Shown here piece after piece: positions 47,343 through 55,366 of a stretch of 64,000 bases of DNA. Position 1 is the first letter of the stretch, and each line of letters starts with the position of its first letter. Origin of the DNA: Candidatus Anstonellaceae archaeon (GTDB lineage: Archaea; Micrarchaeota; Micrarchaeia; Anstonellales; Anstonellaceae); NCBI GenBank assembly GCA_038891055.1, contig JAWAEU010000003.1, positions 26,856 through 90,855 on the forward strand, read 5' to 3'. Both the position numbers and the translations under genes were made by a program. The notes beneath the pieces were generated by a model. That model was not told where the DNA came from and did no database searches. It worked only from the letters and a program-made list of their open reading frames with translations.

Positions 47343-48563
47343 CTACCAGCCATAGTTTTTTCCAGTCGAATAGCTAAAAGTATCCATTGCAGCAAAAAAG
47401 TTTTTTTTAATAAGTCCAGGATGTCTTGTAATTAATTTCAGCACTATATTGAATTTTGCAACGATACTGAGTTTTGTCAAATCTCTAGGAAGGATTTTTC
47501 CAATCTGGTTTAATTCTTCTTCACTAAAAGAATAAAAGTACTTCTTTCCTTTCAATATTTTTTGATAGGGTGGAAGTTCTTTTTTCCACTTTTGTTCATA
47601 AATTTTTATTCTATCTTCTTCATAGGGGTCTGAGATATTTTGTTCTTTTGCACTATTATAGCATTCTATTATGGCCTGTGCTGCCAATTGCCCTGTTTTT
47701 AGTGCTAATTGTGTTCCACCCTCAAACATAGGCGAGGTAAACCCAGCAGCATCTCCAGCCATTAATAAACCATCAGAATATGTTTTTGGTAGTGGGCCAC
47801 CACAAGGGATCATTCCCCCAAATGGCCGCAATATTTTCTTTTTATCCAACCCTTTTTTTTCTATAAATAATTTTAGATTTTTATGAATTTCAGTTTGCTG
47901 TGTACTCACTAAACCAACATTTGCTCTATTATTATCCTTTGGCATTATCCACAAGTATCCCCCAGGAGCCAATTTAGGATCTAAATAAAATTCAATAAAC
48001 TCTTCTGTGGCAACATCATCTAGTAAATATTGTGCTCCTGCTATTAGTTCTAATTCTTTGTGGTTTATTTTCAAAATTTTATTGGTAATACTTTGGTACC
48101 CACTACAGTCTACAACTACCTTAGATTTTATTCCAATTTTTGTGGATTGAATTGACCACACGCCGTTTTTTCTACTAAGACCTAAAACTCTACTCTCTGT
48201 TTTAATCTTAGCACCTTGTTCAACTGCCAGCTGTAGTAAATAATTCTCAAACAAGTCTTTATTTAGATCATAGCCTTCCTCCCTATATACCACAAAATCT
48301 CCAGAAGGAAAGAAAACTTTAATTCCCTTTACTCTTAGTCCTAAGGCTTCTTTTGGTATATCCTTTAATTCCATCCTATTTATTGCATACTCAGATAAGC
48401 CTTCACCACAATGAACTGGCTTTCCTACTTCTTTGTGCTCCTCTAAAATAGTTGTTGTTAGGCCAGCCTTAGCACAATAATAAGCTGCACTCAAGCCAGC
48501 AGGCCCAGCTCCAATAATAGCTACTTCTTCTACACTATCTTGCTGATATATTAGCTCAGCCAT
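47343..48563 (-). CDS. Digeranylgeranylglycerophospholipid reductase-like flavoprotein
   Basis: GAGPAG, GKPVHCGEG, APGGYLWIMPK, GDAAG..SP...GG. Confidence 0.9.
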   Translation of the reverse strand: MAELIYQQDSVEEVAIIGAGPAGLSAAYYCAKAGLTTTILEEHKEVGKPVHCGEGLSEYAINRMELKDIPKEALGLRVKGIKVFFPSGDFVVYREEGYDLNKDLFENYLLQLAVEQGAKIKTESRVLGLSRKNGVWSIQSTKIGIKSKVVVDCSGYQSITNKILKINHKELELIAGAQYLLDDVATEEFIEFYLDPKLAPGGYLWIMPKDNNRANVGLVSTQQTEIHKNLKLFIEKKGLDKKKILRPFGGMIPCGGPLPKTYSDGLLMAGDAAGFTSPMFEGGTQLALKTGQLAAQAIIECYNSAKEQNISDPYEEDRIKIYEQKWKKELPPYQKILKGKKYFYSFSEEELNQIGKILPRDLTKLSIVAKFNIVLKLITRHPGLIKKNFFAAMDTFSYSTGKNYGW

Positions 48564-48574
48564 ATTTCATCCTT

Positions 48575-49675
48575 TTATTTTTTATTATTCATAGCGTCTA
48601 AAACTTTTTGTTTTGCAATCTGGATTGCGGTCTTTCTTGTATCCCAATCTTTACTATTCTCTAAAACTTTTGCAGTATTTGCCTTTATTTTTTTCTCAAC
48701 TAATTCAAACATCTGCTCTTTATTCATTCCAACATATTCTGCATAAGAGGATATTACACCTCCAGCATTAGCAACAAAGTCAGGTACCACTAAAATTTTA
48801 TTTTTAGCAAGTTTTTTTTCTATTTCATGACTAATTGGGAGATTTGCTGCCTCTACTATCAATTTTGCCTTTACTTTTTTGTAGTTCTTTTCGTTTATTA
48901 CATTTGGTCTTGCTCCAGGAATTAATATATCTACATCTAATTCAAATAGTTTGGTAGCCTCCATTTTTTTACCCTCGTATTCTATAACTGTGCCTTTTGT
49001 TTGCTTTATTTCAACAGCCTTTTGGTAATCAATACCATCCTTATTATAAATAGCTCCTTTAGAATCAGAGAGAGCAACTATTTTGGCACCCATTTGCTCT
49101 AAAAATTTATGAGTAAAGGTGCCAACGTTTCCATAACCTTCAATTGCTACTGTGCAATCACTCAAATCTTTTTTTAGAAATTCTACTGCCACCTTTGTTG
49201 CATGTGCAACTCCAAATCCAGTGGAACCAAGTTCATGGGGAAGTCCGCCCATACTAAGTGGCTTTCCTGTGGCTGCTTTTTTATCTTTTAGTTCATCTGC
49301 AATATATCCCATTTCTTTTTCCGTTGTATTCATATCTGGTCCTGGAATATAATATTGAGGCACAAGGGGTTTTATTAACCTGGCAAAAGATCTAATTACC
49401 TTTTCTTTATCAATTTTCTTTGGATCTGCAGCAATACCTGATTTTGCTCCTCCAAAAGGTATGTCAGCCATTGAATTTTTATATGTCATTGCTCTAGCAA
49501 GTCCAAATACTTCCTCTACACTGATATCTGATACTAACCTAATTCCACCCTTACCAGGTCCAAGGGCAGTATTATCTACCACTACCACTCCCCAGTAGTT
49601 AAGTTTTGGATCCTGAACATAAAGTATTTTCTCTGGGCCCATTTCATCTGCAAATTTGTACATTTTCTCACCCAA
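48575..49675 (-). CDS. Glu/Leu/Phe/Val dehydrogenase
   Basis: GPGKGGIR, MTYK, GGAKSG, PGPDMNT, GYGNVG, PDFVANAGGV. Confidence 0.93.
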   Translation of the reverse strand: MGEKMYKFADEMGPEKILYVQDPKLNYWGVVVVDNTALGPGKGGIRLVSDISVEEVFGLARAMTYKNSMADIPFGGAKSGIAADPKKIDKEKVIRSFARLIKPLVPQYYIPGPDMNTTEKEMGYIADELKDKKAATGKPLSMGGLPHELGSTGFGVAHATKVAVEFLKKDLSDCTVAIEGYGNVGTFTHKFLEQMGAKIVALSDSKGAIYNKDGIDYQKAVEIKQTKGTVIEYEGKKMEATKLFELDVDILIPGARPNVINEKNYKKVKAKLIVEAANLPISHEIEKKLAKNKILVVPDFVANAGGVISSYAEYVGMNKEQMFELVEKKIKANTAKVLENSKDWDTRKTAIQIAKQKVLDAMNNKK

Positions 49676-49722
49676 TTTTAAATTGTAATCTCAAAATAAG
49701 TTTATAAATTTTTATTAATTTT

Positions 49723-50607
49723 TTAATTTTTTTCTAATTCGAATTTATATACCCTACATTGTTCTGTAAATCTTTTGATAGGAATAATCTTAAATTTATT
49801 TTTTTGAAATTTTTCTAAAATCTTTTTTTCTATTTCCTTAGAGTGTGTTTCTATTAGCCAAACAGGAACCTTTCTAATAAGCTCATCTTCCACTCTAACC
49901 AAAAACTCCTCACATCCCTCACAATCTATTTTTGCAACATCATAGTTATTTTCTTTTAAAATTTTTGTAAAAGAGATACAATTAAAAGTATATATTTCAG
50001 GCTCTATTTTAAAAAGTTTGTTTAAAAAGTTAGATAGTTTTAACCCAAATTTTCCACTACCTTCTATTTCCGTTGTTTTTATCTTTATTTCTCCTTCTCT
50101 ATCTCCAACAGCCAATTTATTTATTCTATATTTTTTGGCAGGATATTGCTGTAAATTCATTTTCATTATTTCAATATTCAATTCCACTGGTTCATATATA
50201 TCTACAAACTGTGCACCTCTGTCCAAAAAATACATGGCAGTATCTCCGTTATGTCCGCCAACATCCAAAATCCTTTTTTCTTTAAAATCAGCAGGATATT
50301 CCTCTTCAAATTTTTTACTAGCAATTTTGTAGAGTGTCAAGGCATGTACCATAGTGCCATAATATTTTTTATTATCTATCTCCCAACAAAATATCTCTTT
50401 TTCTCTATCCACTATTTCTTTTTTGTATTTCCAAATTTTTAATCCACCCAAATAAACAAAATTTGTTTCTGTTCCATCTTTAAATTTTATTTTTCTTGGT
50501 ATATGCAACAATTTTGAAATAAACACATCAGGAATACTGCTAAGCTTTACATACTTAAAAACCAAGAATAAAAATTCTGCAATTAATTTAATTTTTTCAA
50601 TCAACAT
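49723..50607 (-). CDS. FkbM family SAM-dependent methyltransferase
   Basis: ILDVGGHNGDTA, YEP, KIDCEGCE, IETH. Confidence 0.88.
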   Translation of the reverse strand: MLIEKIKLIAEFLFLVFKYVKLSSIPDVFISKLLHIPRKIKFKDGTETNFVYLGGLKIWKYKKEIVDREKEIFCWEIDNKKYYGTMVHALTLYKIASKKFEEEYPADFKEKRILDVGGHNGDTAMYFLDRGAQFVDIYEPVELNIEIMKMNLQQYPAKKYRINKLAVGDREGEIKIKTTEIEGSGKFGLKLSNFLNKLFKIEPEIYTFNCISFTKILKENNYDVAKIDCEGCEEFLVRVEDELIRKVPVWLIETHSKEIEKKILEKFQKNKFKIIPIKRFTEQCRVYKFELEKN

Positions 50608-50628
50608 ATTCTAACCATTCAAAAATTT

Positions 50629-50707
50629 TTAATAACAAATTATACAAAACAAATATTTTAAAATATAATGGTTAATAACAAATTATACAAAACAAATATT
50701 TTAAAAT
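50629..50707. repeat. Direct repeat, 2 x 36 bp, period 43
   Basis: TTAATAACAAATTATACAAAACAAATATTTTAAAAT at 50629-50664 and 50672-50707. Confidence 0.92.
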
Positions 50708-50828
50708 TAATGGAGAGAATTAAGATTACTTTAAATTTAATTTTTTAAAATTTCAAATTTCTCACAAAATATTTTTCTCAAGGTTAGTTTTTTATTTAGA
50801 TGCTTAAAAAATCATTTGAAGCTTAAGC

Positions 50829-51311
50829 TTATCTATTTCTAAAAGTTGCTGCACTTACAACTGAATATATACTTTCTTTATTTCTAAATTTCTTAAATAA
50901 ATTCAAATTCATAGTGCCATTAGGATAGTTAGTTACTTCTTGAATCATTATTAATTCAATAACTACCAAAATAAATTCAACGCTATATTCTCCATATTTA
51001 TTCAATCCTCTAAATTTTTTAGCTTGCTCTTTTTTAAAAACTTGCAATGTTGGGGGAAACTTGTTTACAGGTTTAACTTTCATTATAATCTCATTTATTA
51101 TATGGTCTACTAATTTTATTGTTAGCTTTTCATTTCTAGACAACTTCATATATAAATCAATTATCAAGTGAATGTGTTTAGGTGTCCTAACTCTTTTATT
51201 TTTTTCCTTATAATGAACCTTAAAATCATATGGAGATTGTGTTTTATTTCCTTTTGATACAAGAATTTCTATATCCTCCTCTGTTTTAAAAATTTTAAAG
51301 TATTGGTCCAT
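50829..51311 (-). CDS. Hypothetical 160-aa protein, candidate restriction endonuclease
   Basis: Likely ATG at 51311 (MDQYFK); divergent from the RHH and methyltransferase genes; function inferred from context only. Confidence 0.6.
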   Translation of the reverse strand: MDQYFKIFKTEEDIEILVSKGNKTQSPYDFKVHYKEKNKRVRTPKHIHLIIDLYMKLSRNEKLTIKLVDHIINEIIMKVKPVNKFPPTLQVFKKEQAKKFRGLNKYGEYSVEFILVVIELIMIQEVTNYPNGTMNLNLFKKFRNKESIYSVVSAATFRNR

Positions 51312-51393
51312 AAATAAGAAAATAAACAAAATTTTTATATATATTTTATTTTGATAAATATTTATAAATAAATACAAATATTAAAGTGGTGCT

Positions 51394-51558
51394 ATGGCTA
51401 AAAAAATAGTAGTATCCTTAACTTTGGATTCTGATATTTATGAAAAATTTAAACAAATATGTAAGAATAATGATATTAAAGCTTCTACAAAAGTGAATAC
51501 TCTTATCAAGGAATGGTTGGAAAAAAACAGCGGAGTTAATTCAAATGAAAGAAACTAA
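51394..51558 (+). CDS. Ribbon-helix-helix (CopG/Arc-like) DNA-binding protein
   Basis: Own translation MAKKIVVSLTLDSDIYEKFKQICKNNDIKASTKVNTLIKEWLEKNSGVNSNERN; alternating beta strand then two helices; GTGGTG RBS. Confidence 0.8.
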   Translation: MAKKIVVSLTLDSDIYEKFKQICKNNDIKASTKVNTLIKEWLEKNSGVNSNERN

Positions 51559-52483
51559 GTTTATCCAAATGACAGAGATCACCCAAAAAGATTACCAAGA
51601 GTTTATTAGAAAAACTAAAAAAATTATCATCGAAGATACGGTTATAGAAATAGGTAAGGTTCATAACATCAAGGTTCTTCAGCCAGAGAAATTTGAACTA
51701 GAAACTACAACAGTTTGGAGTTTTCCAAAAAGGGGAGAATGGGCTACACACTACCTAAATGCCAAATATAGGGGCAATTGGGCCCCACAGGTAGTAAGAA
51801 ATATACTTCTTAGATATTCAAAAGAAGGAGACGTTGTTTTAGATGCCTTTGTTGGATCTGGTACGACTCTAATAGAGTGTAAACTAACTAATAGAAAGGG
51901 TATAGGTGTCGATATTAACAAAGAAGCCCTAATTTTAACAAGAGATAGATTAAATTTTAACTCTCTATCTAGTTTTATAGAGCAAAAAACATTTCTGGGG
52001 GATGCAAGAAATTTAGATCTAATTAGTGATGAAAGTGTCGATCTAATTCTTACTCATCCACCATATGCTAGTATAATACCCTATACTAAAAACTCAAATT
52101 ATGCACAAGAAGGAGATCTATCTAAAGTTAGATCAGCTGAAGAATTTTTTAGAGAAATGAAAAAAGTTGCACAGGAGTTTTTTAGAGTTTTAAAACCAGG
52201 CAAGTATTGCGCAATTCTAATCGGAGACACTAGAAGAAATAAACACCAGGTTTTAATTTCTTTTGGTGTGTTAAAATCTTTTTTAGAAAGCGGGTTTATT
52301 CTAAAGGAAGATATAATTAAGATCCAACATAACACAAAAACAGCCCATCTTTGGAAAAAATCATCTATAAAAAATAATTTTCTTTTATTGGCCCATGAAC
52401 ATCTTTTTGTATTTAGAAAACCACAAAAAGGAGAAAAGCTAACTAAATTCAAAGAAAGCACCGCATTAAACTTTATTGACTAA
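51545..52483 (+). CDS. Amino (N4-C/N6-A) DNA methyltransferase
   Basis: TTVWSFPKRG.WATH, YRGNWAPQ, DAFVGSGTT (motif I), THPPY (motif IV), LKPGKYCAILIGD. Confidence 0.88.
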   Translation: MKETKFIQMTEITQKDYQEFIRKTKKIIIEDTVIEIGKVHNIKVLQPEKFELETTTVWSFPKRGEWATHYLNAKYRGNWAPQVVRNILLRYSKEGDVVLDAFVGSGTTLIECKLTNRKGIGVDINKEALILTRDRLNFNSLSSFIEQKTFLGDARNLDLISDESVDLILTHPPYASIIPYTKNSNYAQEGDLSKVRSAEEFFREMKKVAQEFFRVLKPGKYCAILIGDTRRNKHQVLISFGVLKSFLESGFILKEDIIKIQHNTKTAHLWKKSSIKNNFLLLAHEHLFVFRKPQKGEKLTKFKESTALNFID

Positions 52484-52598
52484 ATTTCTTTATCTTCCAA
52501 TCTATAAATTACTTGGAAATTTTTAAATTTTTATTTTGAAAAATTTTTTATTTTGAATATTAATATATTAAATCTAAATAACTTGAAATTTATAGAGG

Positions 52599-52614
52599 CG
52601 AAACATTTATATAT
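52599..52614 (+). promoter_or_regulatory. BRE + TATA promoter of psmB
   Basis: CGAAACA-TTTATATA upstream of the psmB leader. Confidence 0.65.
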
Positions 52615-52684
52615 GTTTTATATTCAATTTATTTTAGTTGGATAGGCCTTTTTTTTAAAATTCTAAAAAGGCGCATATCTTTTT

Positions 52685-53329
52685 TTGAAGGTGAGTAAAA
52701 TGGAGATGCAAAGTTCAAAATCTCTTCAAACAGGTACTACTACTGTTGCAATAGCTTGTGCTGATGGAATAGTGTTAGGCTCAGACAAAAGAGCAACTAT
52801 GGGTTATTTTATTGCCTCTAAAGATGTAACTAAAATTTTTCCAATTTCTGATAGTCTTGCAATGACTGTAGCTGGGTCAGTAGGGGATGCGCAAGCTTTG
52901 GTAAGATTATTACAAGCTGAGGCAAGATTATATAAATTAAAATATTCTAAGGAAATGTCTGCTACTTCAGCAGCTACTTTGTTGTCAAATGTTTTATTCC
53001 AATATAAGTTTTTTCCATATTTTGTACAATTAATCTTAGCAGGAAAAGATGAAGACAAATATAAAATATTTTCTATAGATGCAATAGGTGGAGTTACAGA
53101 AGAAAAGTTTACTTCTTCTGGCTCTGGTTCACCGATTGCTTATGGCGTGCTAGAAGCTTCTTACAAGGATGGAGCCACTACAAAAGAAATGATTCCAGTT
53201 GCAATAAAAGCAGTTAATATTGCAATGAAAAGAGATGCTGCTTCAGGTGAAGCAGTAGATATTGTTCTAATTACAAAAAATGGTATAAAAAGGCTAGAAA
53301 AAGGAGAACTTAGCAAATTGGCAGAATAA
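52685..53329 (+). CDS. psmB: Proteasome beta subunit (likely start ATG 52700)
   Basis: TG|TTT catalytic Thr, DKRAT, AGSVGDAQ, GSGSP.AYGVLE, RD.ASG. Confidence 0.97.
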   Translation: MKVSKMEMQSSKSLQTGTTTVAIACADGIVLGSDKRATMGYFIASKDVTKIFPISDSLAMTVAGSVGDAQALVRLLQAEARLYKLKYSKEMSATSAATLLSNVLFQYKFFPYFVQLILAGKDEDKYKIFSIDAIGGVTEEKFTSSGSGSPIAYGVLEASYKDGATTKEMIPVAIKAVNIAMKRDAASGEAVDIVLITKNGIKRLEKGELSKLAE

Positions 53330-53407
53330 AATTGGTTTTTATCTCAATTTATATTCTCTATTAGACGAGATCACTAATATAACAAATTAATTTTCAAGGT
53401 TTTTTAG

Positions 53408-55303
53408 ATGGAACTAAAAGAGATCGAAAAAAAACTTTTAGAACTAGTGCCTAAAGAATGTGGTCTTAATAAAATAGAACCTGAGGGTTTAGATATAGTG
53501 CTCTATTTAAAAGACATAAAAAAGTTTTATGAAAATGATTTTTTAATAAAGAAAATAGCCTCTAGCATAAGAAAGAGAATTATAATTAGATCAGATCCTT
53601 CTACTCTACTAAAGCAAGATGAGGCATTAGAAAAAATAAAACAAATTATACCTCCAGAAGCACAAGTGGAAGAAATAAGATTTTGTCCAGAATTTTGTGA
53701 AGTAGTAATAGAAGCTCTAAAACCAGGTTTAGTGATAGGAAAAGGAGGGGAAAACATAAAAAAAATAATTCAACAAACCGGGTGGGTGCCAAGAATAGAG
53801 CGAAAACCAACCATGCCCTCTTCCACTCTAAAAGGAATAAGGGCTTCTTTAATAAAAGAGGCCCCCCAAAGAAAAAAATTTTTAGTAAATTTAGGAAAAA
53901 AGATTTGTTTGCCTGTAGGCAAAACCGAAATGATAAAAGTCACAGCTCTTGGTGGCTATAAGGAAGTAGGAAGAAGTTGTACTTTGTTTGAAACAAACAA
54001 TTCCAAAATTTTAATTGACTGTGGTGTTAATCCAGAAACCTTTGAACCACAAAAAGCATATCCCCATCTTTCTGCAATGCAATTAGAATTAGACAAAATA
54101 GATGCAATTATATTAACCCATGCACATTTGGATCATAGTGGTTTTATTCCTTATTTGTTTGCATATGGATATGATGGTCCAGTCTATTGTACTCCACCTA
54201 CAAGAGATCTAACTATATTGTTGCAAAATGATTTTGTAAACGTATTACAAAAAACAAACGGAACAAAATCGCCTTATGGTATAAAAGATATACAAAAAGA
54301 ATTATCTCACATGGTTGTTTTAGACTATGGTGAGGTAGTAGATATTTCTAATGAGATAAAACTAACTTTTTATAATGCAGGACATATCTTAGGCTCAGCA
54401 CAAGTTCACCTACATATTGGAGAGGGCTTACACAACGTAGTATTTAGTGGAGATATAAAATATGGTTTTACTAAATTGTTAGAACCAGCAGAAACCTCTT
54501 TTCCACGAGTGGAAACTTTGTTTGTAGAATCTACCTATGGTGCAAGAACTGATATTATGTCCTCAAGATTTGAGGCAGATAAAAATTTGATCGATTTTAT
54601 ATTAAAAGTGATTGAAAGAAAAGGAAAAGTTTTGATCCCAGTTTTCTCTGTCGGTCGAAGCCAGGAAATCATGTTGGTTTTAGAAGAATTTTGCTCCAAA
54701 AACCCAGATAAGGCTTTTAATGTTTTTATTGATGGAATGGTTTTAGAAGCATCTGCCATCCACACTGCCTATCCAGAATATTTGAGGCACAATATTCAAA
54801 AAAGAATTTTATCCAATAATTCTCCTTTCGAGTCAAAAATATTTATCGTAGCCAAAGGAGATAGAAAGCAAATAGTGGAAGAAGAAGACCCATGTGTTAT
54901 TTTGTCACCTTCAGGTATGATGACAGGTGGACCAGTGTTGGATTATTTAAAATATATGTGTGAGGATGAAAAAAATGCCTTGGTTTTTGTAGGTTATCAA
55001 TCTACTCTCTCTTTGGGAAGAAAAATCCAAAATGGTTTAAAAGAAGTTCCATTTATAGGAGAAGATGGAAAAACAAATGTTTTCAAAATAAACATGGAGG
55101 TAAGAACTATAGAAGGTTATTCTGGGCATTCTGATAGGGCACAACTAATGAAATACATTAAAAATATCAGGCCTCATCCTTCAAAGATTTTTACTATGCA
55201 TGGAGAAGAAGCAAAATGCGAAGATTTAGCAAGGTCTGCTCATCATATGGTTAGAGCAGAATCTAGAGCTCCCCTGGATTTAGATTCTTTTAGATTACTC
55301 TAA
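53408..55303 (+). CDS. fttA: Beta-CASP ribonuclease aCPSF1 / transcription termination factor FttA
   Basis: KH domains (KPGLVIGKGG), LGG..EVGRS, THAHLDH, AGHILGS, ESTYG, SGHSD. Confidence 0.96.
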   Translation: MELKEIEKKLLELVPKECGLNKIEPEGLDIVLYLKDIKKFYENDFLIKKIASSIRKRIIIRSDPSTLLKQDEALEKIKQIIPPEAQVEEIRFCPEFCEVVIEALKPGLVIGKGGENIKKIIQQTGWVPRIERKPTMPSSTLKGIRASLIKEAPQRKKFLVNLGKKICLPVGKTEMIKVTALGGYKEVGRSCTLFETNNSKILIDCGVNPETFEPQKAYPHLSAMQLELDKIDAIILTHAHLDHSGFIPYLFAYGYDGPVYCTPPTRDLTILLQNDFVNVLQKTNGTKSPYGIKDIQKELSHMVVLDYGEVVDISNEIKLTFYNAGHILGSAQVHLHIGEGLHNVVFSGDIKYGFTKLLEPAETSFPRVETLFVESTYGARTDIMSSRFEADKNLIDFILKVIERKGKVLIPVFSVGRSQEIMLVLEEFCSKNPDKAFNVFIDGMVLEASAIHTAYPEYLRHNIQKRILSNNSPFESKIFIVAKGDRKQIVEEEDPCVILSPSGMMTGGPVLDYLKYMCEDEKNALVFVGYQSTLSLGRKIQNGLKEVPFIGEDGKTNVFKINMEVRTIEGYSGHSDRAQLMKYIKNIRPHPSKIFTMHGEEAKCEDLARSAHHMVRAESRAPLDLDSFRLL

Positions 55304-55366
55304 TTTAATTTTTTCACCCCCCAACTATCTTATTATTTTTTATTCTTTTTTATTTAAATAATTCTT

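Noticed and set aside
50629..50707. Possible mini CRISPR array
   Set aside because: Only two units with a 7-nt spacer, very AT-rich, and no cas genes.
51312..51377. N-terminal extension MYLFINIYQ... of the 182-aa ORF
   Set aside because: AT-rich promoter DNA; ATG at 51311 is the more plausible start.
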